A DNA stretch of 64,000 nucleotides from Promethearchaeota archaeon (lineage in GTDB: Archaea > Asgardarchaeota > Lokiarchaeia > Sigyniarchaeales > SOKP01), in NCBI GenBank assembly GCA_048939995.1, contig JBHLOY010000005.1, positions 64,001 to 128,000 on the forward strand. Direction: 5' to 3'. A program made the position numbers and the translations under genes. Positions within the stretch are counted from its first letter, which is position 1, and each line of letters opens with the position of its first letter. A model generated the notes under the pieces. It was not told the DNA's origin. It saw only the letters and a program-made list of their open reading frames with translations, and did no database searches. Positions 9,029 to 18,402 of this stretch are shown piece by piece.

Positions 9029-9820
9029 ATGATCGATAGAGCTCGAATTGATTTAGGAGATTTCATTGTTGGACGTGTTGAGAAAGAAGGGAGAGTATTT
9101 GAGATGCTATTAGATCCCGAAAGAGCTTGGGAAGCAAAAAAAATTGTTCGGGATGAAATTAATAAACGTCTTAAGGAAGGAAGTGAAAAATCTCGTCTTA
9201 CTGTTCAAGAAATCTTGAATCATCCTAAAATTTCAATAGATTTAATTTTTGAAAGTTTTATAGTTTTTGAGGATTTAAGGCGGGGTAAAAAAGCAACTGA
9301 CGGGGATATGGAAGCAATATTTAATACTACAGATGGTAGATTAATTGCATGCCATATGTTATTAGATGGTGATATTCAATGGACAAAAACTCAACGAGAA
9401 GAAGAAAGGGATAAGAAATTGAAACAGATTATAACTATAATAACCAAAAATGCTATTAATCCACAAAATAACAAACCACATCCGTATCAAAGAATTGAAA
9501 AAGCAATTGAGGAAGCAAAGGTTAAGATCGATTTAATGAGAAATGCTGAAGAACAAGTTGATGATGTTGTTAAGAGTATCAGAGCGATAATCCCTATAAG
9601 AATGGAACAGGTAGAAATAGCAATAAAGATTCCTTCAGCATTTACAGCTAAAGGTTATAATATCGTTGCCCAAATAGCTCATATTAAAAAAGAAGAATGG
9701 CAATCAGATGGTTCTTGGGTTTCTGTTGTTAATTTACCAGCGGGATTACAAATGGAATTAATTGATAAGTTGAATAAGTTAACACATGGAAGAGTTCAAA
9801 CGAAATTATTAAAATCCTAG
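9029..9820 (+). CDS. Ribosome maturation factor SBDS/Sdo1
   Basis: INPQNNKPHPYQRIEKAIEEA, EEWQSDGSW, LPAGLQ; position in the exosome superoperon. Confidence 0.93.
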   Translation: MIDRARIDLGDFIVGRVEKEGRVFEMLLDPERAWEAKKIVRDEINKRLKEGSEKSRLTVQEILNHPKISIDLIFESFIVFEDLRRGKKATDGDMEAIFNTTDGRLIACHMLLDGDIQWTKTQREEERDKKLKQIITIITKNAINPQNNKPHPYQRIEKAIEEAKVKIDLMRNAEEQVDDVVKSIRAIIPIRMEQVEIAIKIPSAFTAKGYNIVAQIAHIKKEEWQSDGSWVSVVNLPAGLQMELIDKLNKLTHGRVQTKLLKS

Positions 9821-9893
9821 TCAAAATTTTTTAATTAATTTTTGTTTATATTATTTTTTCATTGATTAGGTTCAATACTTAAAAAAAACATAA

Positions 9894-10685
9894 GTGATAC
9901 TAAATATGGAAAATGAGGAATTTGATTCTGAAGAATTCGATGATTTTGAAGATTCAGAACCCACTAGGGATTTGGTTGTACCAGGAGAAGTTTTAACAAA
10001 AGATGTTGATCATTTCCTCCCCGGAAGAGGCACAATTTTAAATGAACAAAAAGATAAGATCATCTCTTTAAATATCGGTTTAAAAAATATTCAGAAGAAT
10101 TATATAAATGTAATTCCTCTGAGAGGCTTCTATACTCCTCGGCCTGGAGATAAGGTAATTGCACTAGTTGTAGATAAGAATCCAGTGAAGTATAAATGTG
10201 ACATTAATGCTAGGGATTTTGCTCTTCTAAAACCAAAAAATACCTTTAAGAGAAGTAAAATTAAATTTAGAGGTGGTGGAGGAGGGGAACCACCCAGTGA
10301 CTCATCAACAGAGATGTATTCAATAGGTGATATTTTAGTTGCAAAAGTCATTTCTGCTGATCGTTTAAATAAACCAGAATTAACAACAGTAGGCAAATAT
10401 TTGGGGAAAAAATCTAACGGAATTGTAATTTCAATAGATCCTCCAAAAATTCCACGTGTGATAGGGCGGGATGGTTCAATGATTAAATTATTGAAAAATT
10501 TAACTAAATGTAATATTTTTGTAACTCAAAATGGTCGTATTTGGTTGAAAGGAGAAGATATATCTCATGAAAAATTATTGATTGATTCAATAAGGAAGAT
10601 TGAAAAGGAAGCTCACACTGTGGGGTTAACAGATAGAATGTCAGAATTTGTTGAAAATGAAAAAAAAAAAAGAGGTATAAAATAA
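9894..10685 (+). CDS. rrp4: Exosome cap subunit Rrp4
   Basis: VVPGE N-domain, S1 (YTPRPGDKVI), KH (KIPRVIGRDGSM, QNGRIW). Confidence 0.93.
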   Translation: MILNMENEEFDSEEFDDFEDSEPTRDLVVPGEVLTKDVDHFLPGRGTILNEQKDKIISLNIGLKNIQKNYINVIPLRGFYTPRPGDKVIALVVDKNPVKYKCDINARDFALLKPKNTFKRSKIKFRGGGGGEPPSDSSTEMYSIGDILVAKVISADRLNKPELTTVGKYLGKKSNGIVISIDPPKIPRVIGRDGSMIKLLKNLTKCNIFVTQNGRIWLKGEDISHEKLLIDSIRKIEKEAHTVGLTDRMSEFVENEKKKRGIK

Positions 10686-11453
10686 ATGACATTGTTAATA
10701 AAAGATGAATACCCAGAAAAATTATTTCGAGAAGATGGTAAAAGATTAGATGGCCGAGATCTTGATGAATTAAGGCCAATAAAAATGGAAATTGGAGTAA
10801 TTAGTAATGCTGATGGATCAGCTTATTTAGAGTGGGGAAATAACAAGATTTTTGCTGCAGTATATGGCCCTAGAGAAGTTCACCCACATCATTTAGCTAA
10901 ACCAGATAGAGGTATCTTAAGAGTATTTTATCGAATGGCTACTTTTTCTGTGTTTGAGAGAAAACGACCTGCTCCAGGTCGTCGAGAAAAAGAAATCTCT
11001 ATGATTATTACAGAATGCCTAGAACCTGTTTTATTTCTTGAACTTTATCCAGGAACAGCTTTTGAAGTATTTATTGATGTTATGGATGCTGATGGAGGAA
11101 CAAGATGCGCTAGTACCACACTTGCCGCGCTAGCTTTAGCAGATGCAGGAATCCCGATGAAAAGTTTAGTTTCTTCTGTCGCAGTAGGGAAAATAGACGG
11201 AAAACTAGTTGTCGACTTATCGGGTGTTGAAGATAAAGCTGGTGAAGCAGATCTACCGTGTGCTATAACGTGGTTTAATGAAGAAATCTCTTTATTACAA
11301 TTTGATGGTGATATGGATTTAGCTGAATTAGATAGTTTTTTGGATCTAGCTATGCAAGCAATGAAAAAGATCTATGAGATACAATTAACTGCATTAAAAA
11401 GCAAATACGTTAATATTCAAGAGGAATACAGTGGAGGCGAAGAAAAGCAATGA
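10686..11453 (+). CDS. rrp41: Exosome catalytic subunit Rrp41
   Basis: RLDGRDLDELRP, ADGSAY, VYGPREVHP, ADGGTRCA. Confidence 0.96.
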   Translation: MTLLIKDEYPEKLFREDGKRLDGRDLDELRPIKMEIGVISNADGSAYLEWGNNKIFAAVYGPREVHPHHLAKPDRGILRVFYRMATFSVFERKRPAPGRREKEISMIITECLEPVLFLELYPGTAFEVFIDVMDADGGTRCASTTLAALALADAGIPMKSLVSSVAVGKIDGKLVVDLSGVEDKAGEADLPCAITWFNEEISLLQFDGDMDLAELDSFLDLAMQAMKKIYEIQLTALKSKYVNIQEEYSGGEEKQ

Positions 11454-12277
11454 TGAATGTAAGGAGAGTAATTTCTACGATTGAAAGAAATTATATTATA
11501 AATAATTTGAAGAATGAGCAGAGAATTGACGGAAGAGGTTTATGGGATTATCGAGAATGGAAAATAAAGCATGATTTTATTGATTCAGCGGAGGGTTCGG
11601 CTGATGTATCTCTTGGGGATACAAGAATAATAACCGGATTAAAGTATGAAATCGGGGAACCATTTCCAGATATTCCAAATGAAGGTGTATGTACCATAAT
11701 GGCAGAGTTATTACCATTGGCATCACCTTTGTTTGAAAGAGGTCCCCCTGATGAGCAATCCATAGAACTTGCTCGTGTAGTTGATAGAGGGATAAGACAC
11801 GCGGATTGTATCCAAACTAAAAAACTCTGTTTAAAAGAGAACGAAGCTGTGTATATATTATTTGTTGATCTTTACGTAATCAACTATTCAGGGAATTTAA
11901 TTGATGCAGGAGGAATAAGTGCCTTAACAGCTTTAATATCAAGCCATATTCCAGAAGGAAAATGGGTTGATGATCATGTAGAGTGGACTGGGAAATATAT
12001 TACTGGAGAAACAATTGTTAAAGAACTTCCAATTGTTTTAACATTTGGAAAAATTGATGATATAATATTTTTAGATCCAAATTTACCAGAAGAATTAATT
12101 TGCGATGGAAGAATATCTATTGCGGTTACTAAAGATAAAATCACCTCAATTCAAAAAAGTGGGTCATCAACGTTTTCAATTGATGAAATAAGAATGCTGA
12201 GTAAAAAAGCTTTAGATTTAGGTAAGAAGATGCGTGAAAGTTTAAATCTCTGGCAATATAAAGTCAATATTGATTAA
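11450..12277 (+). CDS. rrp42: Exosome subunit Rrp42
   Basis: RIDGRG, AEGSA, FERGPPDE, ELARVVDRGIR. Confidence 0.96.
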   Translation: MMNVRRVISTIERNYIINNLKNEQRIDGRGLWDYREWKIKHDFIDSAEGSADVSLGDTRIITGLKYEIGEPFPDIPNEGVCTIMAELLPLASPLFERGPPDEQSIELARVVDRGIRHADCIQTKKLCLKENEAVYILFVDLYVINYSGNLIDAGGISALTALISSHIPEGKWVDDHVEWTGKYITGETIVKELPIVLTFGKIDDIIFLDPNLPEELICDGRISIAVTKDKITSIQKSGSSTFSIDEIRMLSKKALDLGKKMRESLNLWQYKVNID

Positions 12278-12336
12278 TTTTTTCTATTTTTTCTATTTTA
12301 AGTTTTATATATTATAATTCATTATTTTTGATTCTG

Positions 12337-12590
12337 CTAACCAGGAACTCGTTCTAACATAAAACTTCCAAATGATTGGACTAAAGCCGCTTTGTTACCT
12401 CTTTCATCCTTGAATGGTATGGGTATAATCGTTCCAACTCTGGCTTTAAGATTATGTTTTTTCCATAATGATCAATTAATTCCAATTCTGAACTAAGGAG
12501 TAAATTGAAATATATGATTCATAAGCTTTTGTGGTTATAACATATCCATCTGGCTGTATTAAAACACTATATAATCCTTTAATTTCTAAA
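12337..12590 (-). pseudogene. Degraded gene remnant, possibly PEP-synthase/PPDK N-terminal-like fragment
   Basis: Minus strand reads IQPDGYVITTKAYESYI, then stops and a frameshift, then HNLKARVGTIIPIPFKDERG..VPG*. Confidence 0.3.
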
Positions 12591-12679
12591 ATTAGAAAAG
12601 AAAACTCAAAACTAGAAAAATTTATAGTTAATAGAATTTTTTATTTAAACACTAAACTTAAAAATTCACTGTGTTAAAG

Positions 12680-12970
12680 ATGGGAAGAACAAAAAAAACT
12701 GGCATTTCTGCCACTTTCGGTGCTCGCTACGGTTCTAATGTACGAAAAAAATGGAAATTGATTATGGAACAACAAAACAGTAAGAAACTTAAATGCCCAA
12801 GATGCGAGACTAAAGGATCTATACGAAGAATATCTACTGGGATATGGTATTGTAAAAAGTGTGAAGCTCGATTTACAGGTGGGGCATACACAATTGAAAC
12901 ACCCAGAGGATCAGAATCTTTTAGGATCGCAAAAAGAAAACAGAGAGAATTAGAAGTAACCGAAGAGTAA
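12680..12970 (+). CDS. rpl37ae: 50S ribosomal protein L37ae (eL43)
   Basis: GRTKK..FGARYGS, CPRC..STGIWYCKKC..FTGGAY. Confidence 0.95.
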   Translation: MGRTKKTGISATFGARYGSNVRKKWKLIMEQQNSKKLKCPRCETKGSIRRISTGIWYCKKCEARFTGGAYTIETPRGSESFRIAKRKQRELEVTEE

Positions 12971-13239
12971 TGAGCAAAAATAATTATTTTACTATTAAAT
13001 CAATAGTGGAATTTAATTTTAAAGATCCTAATTTATGTGAAATCTCTTATAACTCTTACTTACCTGAATTAAATGTAAGAAAATTGAAGAGATCATTAAT
13101 AACAATGGAAAAAGAAGAAAGATCCATTACTTTTAAGATAGAGAGCAAAGATATTACTGCTTTCAGAGCAGCAATTAATGAAATCATAGGATTTGGTAAG
13201 ATCATTAATAATACATTAAGAATTGTCAATGGTTCTTAA
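12970..13239 (+). CDS. pcc1: KEOPS subunit Pcc1
   Basis: LPE..IESKDITAFRAAIN motif; canonical position after rpl37ae. Confidence 0.85.
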   Translation: MSKNNYFTIKSIVEFNFKDPNLCEISYNSYLPELNVRKLKRSLITMEKEERSITFKIESKDITAFRAAINEIIGFGKIINNTLRIVNGS

Positions 13240-13243
13240 AATG

Positions 13244-13287
13244 TAATTTATATTCGTAAATTTCATAATTTATATTCGTAAATTTCA
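13244..13287. repeat. Exact 22-bp tandem duplication (TAATTTATATTCGTAAATTTCA x2)
   Basis: Read directly at 13244-13265 and 13266-13287. Confidence 0.9.
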
Positions 13288-13336
13288 TATTATTTTATAT
13301 ATTCTAAAAACTAAAAAATTGAATTGGTTAAATTAA

Positions 13337-13693
13337 ATGACAATAAATTATGATCAATTAGATGAAGAAACAAAGAAAAAAATTCAAAATCTATCTGCTC
13401 TAAGTCAGAGTTTAGAATTTCTCACTCAGCAAAAGATTCAGATCGAATCATCACTAAGAGAAACAGAATTAGCAATCGAAAGTTTAACTGAAGCTACACC
13501 TGAAACAGTTGTTTATAAAAATATAGGAGGCGTAATGGTGAGAAGTACAAGGGATAAATTGCTTGATGATAAAAAAAATTTGAAAGTTACACTTGAAATG
13601 AGGCTAAAAACTCTACAGCAAAAATTAGATAGAACTAAAACCAGTTTAGAAAGTTTACAAAAGTCTCTCCAAGCCGATTTACAAAATAAATAA
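13337..13693 (+). CDS. pfdB: Prefoldin beta subunit
   Basis: Coiled coils flanking VYKNIGGVMV hairpin; superoperon position. Confidence 0.92.
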   Translation: MTINYDQLDEETKKKIQNLSALSQSLEFLTQQKIQIESSLRETELAIESLTEATPETVVYKNIGGVMVRSTRDKLLDDKKNLKVTLEMRLKTLQQKLDRTKTSLESLQKSLQADLQNK

Positions 13694-13701
13694 GAAAAGT
13701 T

Positions 13702-14703
13702 ATGCTTAAATCTAGGATTGAATCTTTCTTAACCTTTATAAAAGGTAAGAATTTATTGATTATTACTCATCATCCAACAGATTTAGATGGATTCATTAGT
13801 TCAATTTCTTTAAAGTTTTTCCTCGAAACTTTCTTTAAATCCCAAGAAGTCTCAATATATTTTTCAGAACTTTCTAAATTTACTAAAGATTTTCTAAAAA
13901 ATTTTAGGACATTATTTCCTGATTTTAGTTTAAATTATAGTGAACAGATTTATATTCCTCTCTTTGATACTATACTTATTATTGATACTAATAATTTAGA
14001 TCAATTATATTATAAGGAATTAGACTTCTCAACTCCTTTCATATTTATTGATCATCATCTAAATTTAAACAAAAATTATAGGGCCAATTTAGATTCGCTA
14101 AATCTAATATTTGAAAACTATTCCTCAACAGCAGAAATTATCTTAGAATTATTTCGCATAAAACAGGTTTCAATTCCTATTCCTTATAAAGTGCTTCTAG
14201 CTAGTGCTATCATAGCAGATTCAGGACTTTTTAAATATGGGAATAATCAAACAATCCATAACATATCTTTCTTGTTAGAAAATGGGATACCTATTCAAGA
14301 AATCTTAAACTTATTGGAATCAGATTCAGAGCTTTCTGAGAGAATAGCAAGAGTAAAAGGTTTGAAGAGAGTAGGATTGTTAAAAGCAGAAAATTGGCTT
14401 ATTGGAGTTTCTCGAGTAAGCAATTTCAGTGCTTCTGTAGCTACAACGTTAATAAACGTGGGATTTGATGTCGGAATAATTTTTTCAAAAAAAAAAGATG
14501 GAACGATCATTACTACTCGAGCTAGAAAAGAAGTATGCCAGAAAACTGGACTACATTTAGGAAGAATTTTAAGCAACATTGAAGGATGTAGTGGCGGTGG
14601 ACATGATGGTGCTGCATCTTTAAATTGTATAAATAATGCAGAAGGCATTCTAAAGAAAGTAATTGACAAAATTAAAAAAGTATTAATGACCAAAAGTTCT
14701 TAA
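13702..14703 (+). CDS. DHH/DHHA1 phosphoesterase (NrnA-like)
   Basis: THHPTDLDG, IIDT, FIDHH, SSTAE, IADSG, GGGHDGAA. Confidence 0.9.
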   Translation: MLKSRIESFLTFIKGKNLLIITHHPTDLDGFISSISLKFFLETFFKSQEVSIYFSELSKFTKDFLKNFRTLFPDFSLNYSEQIYIPLFDTILIIDTNNLDQLYYKELDFSTPFIFIDHHLNLNKNYRANLDSLNLIFENYSSTAEIILELFRIKQVSIPIPYKVLLASAIIADSGLFKYGNNQTIHNISFLLENGIPIQEILNLLESDSELSERIARVKGLKRVGLLKAENWLIGVSRVSNFSASVATTLINVGFDVGIIFSKKKDGTIITTRARKEVCQKTGLHLGRILSNIEGCSGGGHDGAASLNCINNAEGILKKVIDKIKKVLMTKSS

Positions 14704-14735
14704 TAAATCAAAATAAAAAATCTTACATTTCTATT

Positions 14736-15581
14736 ATGTGCATAATCCGATTTAAGGACTTTTTCTTTCGTTACAAAGGAAATGAAGAATATGCATTAAA
14801 TAATATCAACTTAGAAATAAAAAAAAATAAGTTCATATTACTTGCAGGCGAAACAGGTTCGGGGAAAACCTCTTTAATAAGATGTATGAATGGATTAATC
14901 CCTCAGTTTTATGCGGGATATTACAAGGGATCAGTTCAAGTAGCAGAAAAGGATACAAGCATAACACCAATAGCAGATTTATCTACTGAAGTTGGTATTG
15001 TATTTCAAAATCCTGAAAATCAATTGATCGCAATGAACATTGAGCATGAGATAGCTTTTGGTATGGAAAATTTAGGCATAAAAGAAGAAATTATAAAAGA
15101 AAAGCTAAAATCTGTCATGCAATTGACAGAAATTAGTGAAATTGCCGATAAAGCCCCTTTTGAGATAAGTGGAGGAGAACAACAAAGAGTAGCGATTGCC
15201 TCAATTTTAGCCTTGGACCCAAAAATTATAGTTTTAGACGAGCCTACTGCGAATTTAGATCCTCTTTTTGCTCACAAAATAATTACCCTCTTAAAAAAGA
15301 TCCAACGTGACAAGGATCTTACTATCATAATAAGTGAACATAGAATGGATTTAGTTATTCCAATCGTAGATGAGATTATTTTAATGAAACAAGGGAAAAT
15401 TGTAGCACATAATAGAAAAGAAGATATCATTAATAGTCAAGAATTTGAAAATTTAGCTATAAATAAACCACTTATTTACTCCATATTCAACTATCTAAGA
15501 AAAGAAAATTTGATTCACAAAGATTTGCCAACTTCGATTTCTGAAGCAGTTTCATTAATTAAAACTAATATTTATAGGTGA
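14736..15581 (+). CDS. ecfA1: ECF transporter ATPase A1
   Basis: GETGSGKT, FQNPENQ, ISGGEQQR, LDEPT. Confidence 0.9.
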   Translation: MCIIRFKDFFFRYKGNEEYALNNINLEIKKNKFILLAGETGSGKTSLIRCMNGLIPQFYAGYYKGSVQVAEKDTSITPIADLSTEVGIVFQNPENQLIAMNIEHEIAFGMENLGIKEEIIKEKLKSVMQLTEISEIADKAPFEISGGEQQRVAIASILALDPKIIVLDEPTANLDPLFAHKIITLLKKIQRDKDLTIIISEHRMDLVIPIVDEIILMKQGKIVAHNRKEDIINSQEFENLAINKPLIYSIFNYLRKENLIHKDLPTSISEAVSLIKTNIYR

Positions 15582-16444
15582 GGATAATTAAGGGATCTTT
15601 TCCAATAATAACAATGAAAAATGTTAACTATACTTATCCTAGTGGCACCCATGCTTTAAAAGATGTATCTTTGAATATTAATAAAGGAGAACTTGTAGCA
15701 ATAATGGGTCAAAACGGAGCAGGAAAGACTACTTTGATTAGAATGTTAAATGGGTTGCTACGACCCACTAAAGGAAGTGTTTATATCGAAAATGAGGATA
15801 TTGCCCCAAAAACTATTGCTACCATGTCGAAGATTGTCGGAATTGTATTTCAAAATCCTTTAAACCAATTATTCTCGAATACTATTGAGGATGAAATCAA
15901 TTTTTCATTAAAAAATCTTGAATTAACCAAAGAAGAAATCAAAATTAGGAAAGATGCAATTTTGGAGAATTTTGAACTTTTAAAATATCGAACTCGCTCT
16001 CCATTAAATTTATCAGGTGGAGAATCAAAGAAATTAGCAATTGCTTCAATAATATGTAGAAATCCAAGAATATTGGTATTCGATGAACCAACGCTTGGAC
16101 AAGATGCCAAAGAGATTAAGTTTTTTATTGATCTAATTAACCAGGAAATTGAAAAAGATAAAACTATCTTAATTGTGACTCACAATGTTGAATTTACTAT
16201 GGAATATATACCAAGAACCATTTTAATGGCTCATGGGAATATCATTGCAGATGGTCCAACAAAATATATCTTATCAAATGAATTATTACTCAATGAATCT
16301 TCATTGATAATGCCTCAACTTTACCAACTAAAAAACGCATTAAATGAAATAAATTTGAACGTTCCAGATGATTTATTCAGAGAATTGGAGATGATCGAAT
16401 TTCTCGATAAGTATTTAAGAGACCTCAAAGGAGGTGTTAAATAA
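15578..16444 (+). CDS. ecfA2: ECF transporter ATPase A2
   Basis: GQNGAGKT, FQNP, LSGGE, FDEPTLGQD. Confidence 0.9.
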   Translation: MRIIKGSFPIITMKNVNYTYPSGTHALKDVSLNINKGELVAIMGQNGAGKTTLIRMLNGLLRPTKGSVYIENEDIAPKTIATMSKIVGIVFQNPLNQLFSNTIEDEINFSLKNLELTKEEIKIRKDAILENFELLKYRTRSPLNLSGGESKKLAIASIICRNPRILVFDEPTLGQDAKEIKFFIDLINQEIEKDKTILIVTHNVEFTMEYIPRTILMAHGNIIADGPTKYILSNELLLNESSLIMPQLYQLKNALNEINLNVPDDLFRELEMIEFLDKYLRDLKGGVK

Positions 16445-17221
16445 ATGTCATTAGAATTTCTTAATGCATTTAAATTTACTAAAAAACATACATTTATCCA
16501 CAAATTGGATCCTCGTTCTAAGCTTCTATTTGCTATAATTTATACTGCGGTTGCTTTATTATTTACTGAAATTGTTCCCTTACTTTTTATTTTCTTGAGC
16601 TTATTTCCTTTTATTCTAATAGGGAATTTATTTAACCAATGGATAAAGAGCATAAGAGGTTTGTCCTATCTCTATTTAATTATAATAATTTTAAACACCT
16701 TATTCATATCAGTAAAAGGATTATCATTTGCAATCTCAATGTCATTAAGAATCTCAATAATGATATCCGCTTTCTCAATATTCTTCTTAAGTGTGGATCC
16801 CAACGATCTCGCACTTTCATTTATTTCAATGAAAGTTCCATATGAATTTGCTTTTTCTTTCTCTCTTGCTTTTAGATTTGTACCTACAATAGCAATGGAA
16901 GCACAAAATATTATTGATGCTCAGCAAAGTAGAGGATATGAAATGCAAAAAAAGGGAATAATTTCTCAAATTAAAAATCTTTTCCCTCTCTTAATTCCAT
17001 TAATAGTAAGTTCAATAAGAAGGGCATTTAATGTTGCAGAAGCACTTGAATCTAGAGCTTTCGGAAGTAAAAGAAAGCGAAGTTATTACTTTAAAATCAA
17101 ATATTCCGCTATAGATTGGATTTTTACCATTTATTTGATTATTTTCTTAATTCTATTTTTATTTATCAGAATTCAATTCGTTATAATGCCGTTATGGTTT
17201 AATTGGAGTTTTCCAGTGTGA
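16445..17221 (+). CDS. ecfT: ECF transporter T component
   Basis: LDPRSK, RFVP, AQQSRG, ALESRAF. Confidence 0.92.
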   Translation: MSLEFLNAFKFTKKHTFIHKLDPRSKLLFAIIYTAVALLFTEIVPLLFIFLSLFPFILIGNLFNQWIKSIRGLSYLYLIIIILNTLFISVKGLSFAISMSLRISIMISAFSIFFLSVDPNDLALSFISMKVPYEFAFSFSLAFRFVPTIAMEAQNIIDAQQSRGYEMQKKGIISQIKNLFPLLIPLIVSSIRRAFNVAEALESRAFGSKRKRSYYFKIKYSAIDWIFTIYLIIFLILFLFIRIQFVIMPLWFNWSFPV

Positions 17222-17865
17222 TAATTAAAAAGTTTAGTATTGAAGAAAAAGCTTTTTTCATAGGAATAGAACAGTTTAAAATAAAATCAAAAAATTTGTT
17301 TTATGAACAATTTTTCAACACTTTTGAAAACATCCAGAAGAAATACAAGTCTATAGTTATACAAGTTTTTAATGATGAATATGTTTTGAATTCAGACCAT
17401 ATTCTTAATGCTTGTTATTATGTAGAGAAGGCTTTTTTAAATAACTATAATATCTCGAATAAAAAAAATATTGAACTTTTTTTATATCTAGCCGCAAATA
17501 GGCAAATTAAAATCGCATTAGAGGATTTTGGGCTTAATAAAGAAGCGTTTAATAAGGGATTAATTAATTTATGTTCAATCTCTTCAGAAAGTAGTTTTCA
17601 ATCAATTTATGAATTTGAAACAACTTTTAAGATTAATAATTCAGAATATTATTTAGATAATTATTCTCAGCAAAAATATAAGGAGATTAAATTATATCAT
17701 AATTTTTCTGATAATCAAATTGAAACTGTCTTAGCTTCCTATAATATAAAAATAAACCTAAATAATATAAATGATTCAGACCTTCCAAATCTCTATTTGG
17801 CACTAAACGATCTGATTTGTGAGAAAATGGCCTTAATTTACTTAGAAAAGTTTAGTTTTGATTAA
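17218..17865 (+). CDS. cgi121: KEOPS subunit Cgi121
   Basis: NISNKKNIELFLYLAANRQIKIALEDFG, terminal ICEKMAL; probable GTG start overlapping the ecfT stop. Confidence 0.85.
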   Translation: MIIKKFSIEEKAFFIGIEQFKIKSKNLFYEQFFNTFENIQKKYKSIVIQVFNDEYVLNSDHILNACYYVEKAFLNNYNISNKKNIELFLYLAANRQIKIALEDFGLNKEAFNKGLINLCSISSESSFQSIYEFETTFKINNSEYYLDNYSQQKYKEIKLYHNFSDNQIETVLASYNIKINLNNINDSDLPNLYLALNDLICEKMALIYLEKFSFD

Positions 17866-18385
17866 TATTTTTATTACTTACTTTTATGATATCATCTGGA
17901 GTTAAAAATGAAATTCCTGTGAAATTTCCCAACACCTCGACCTTTATAATCTTATCTGGATGTTCTAGATTGACCTTATTTTTAAAAATTTTTGCAATAC
18001 TTTCAATTAACCCATCACGATCAATCAATTCATTCTTTCTGCGATTTAAATCGATCATAAATGAGTCTTGGTTTTTAATATAATCTTGATAATTCTTTTG
18101 AATGATCATCTTAATTGTCTTTATATCAGTCTGACATACATAGTCAATAGGGGTAATCTTAAGTATATATTGGAAAAAGTAAGGATTCTGGATCAATAAT
18201 TCCTTTATTTTTTTAATAATCTTTCTATGATTCAATGTGGTTGTGGCTGTTATCAATCCTTGAAAATCTAAACTTGAAATGATTGAGTATTGATCTCCAC
18301 ACATTAAAAGCGTGAACCAAATTTCTGCTTTTGCATTATCTTCATTGTAACGAGATGTTGAAATTAATAGATTAAAATTATTCAA
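17852..18385 (-). CDS. THUMP-domain protein (Tan1-like)
   Basis: LKITPIDYV, F-x-I..RR, KVNLEHPDKIIKVEVLG. Confidence 0.85.
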   Translation of the reverse strand: MNNFNLLISTSRYNEDNAKAEIWFTLLMCGDQYSIISSLDFQGLITATTTLNHRKIIKKIKELLIQNPYFFQYILKITPIDYVCQTDIKTIKMIIQKNYQDYIKNQDSFMIDLNRRKNELIDRDGLIESIAKIFKNKVNLEHPDKIIKVEVLGNFTGISFLTPDDIIKVSNKNINQN

Positions 18386-18402
18386 TTATAAAACCTCTAA
18401 TT

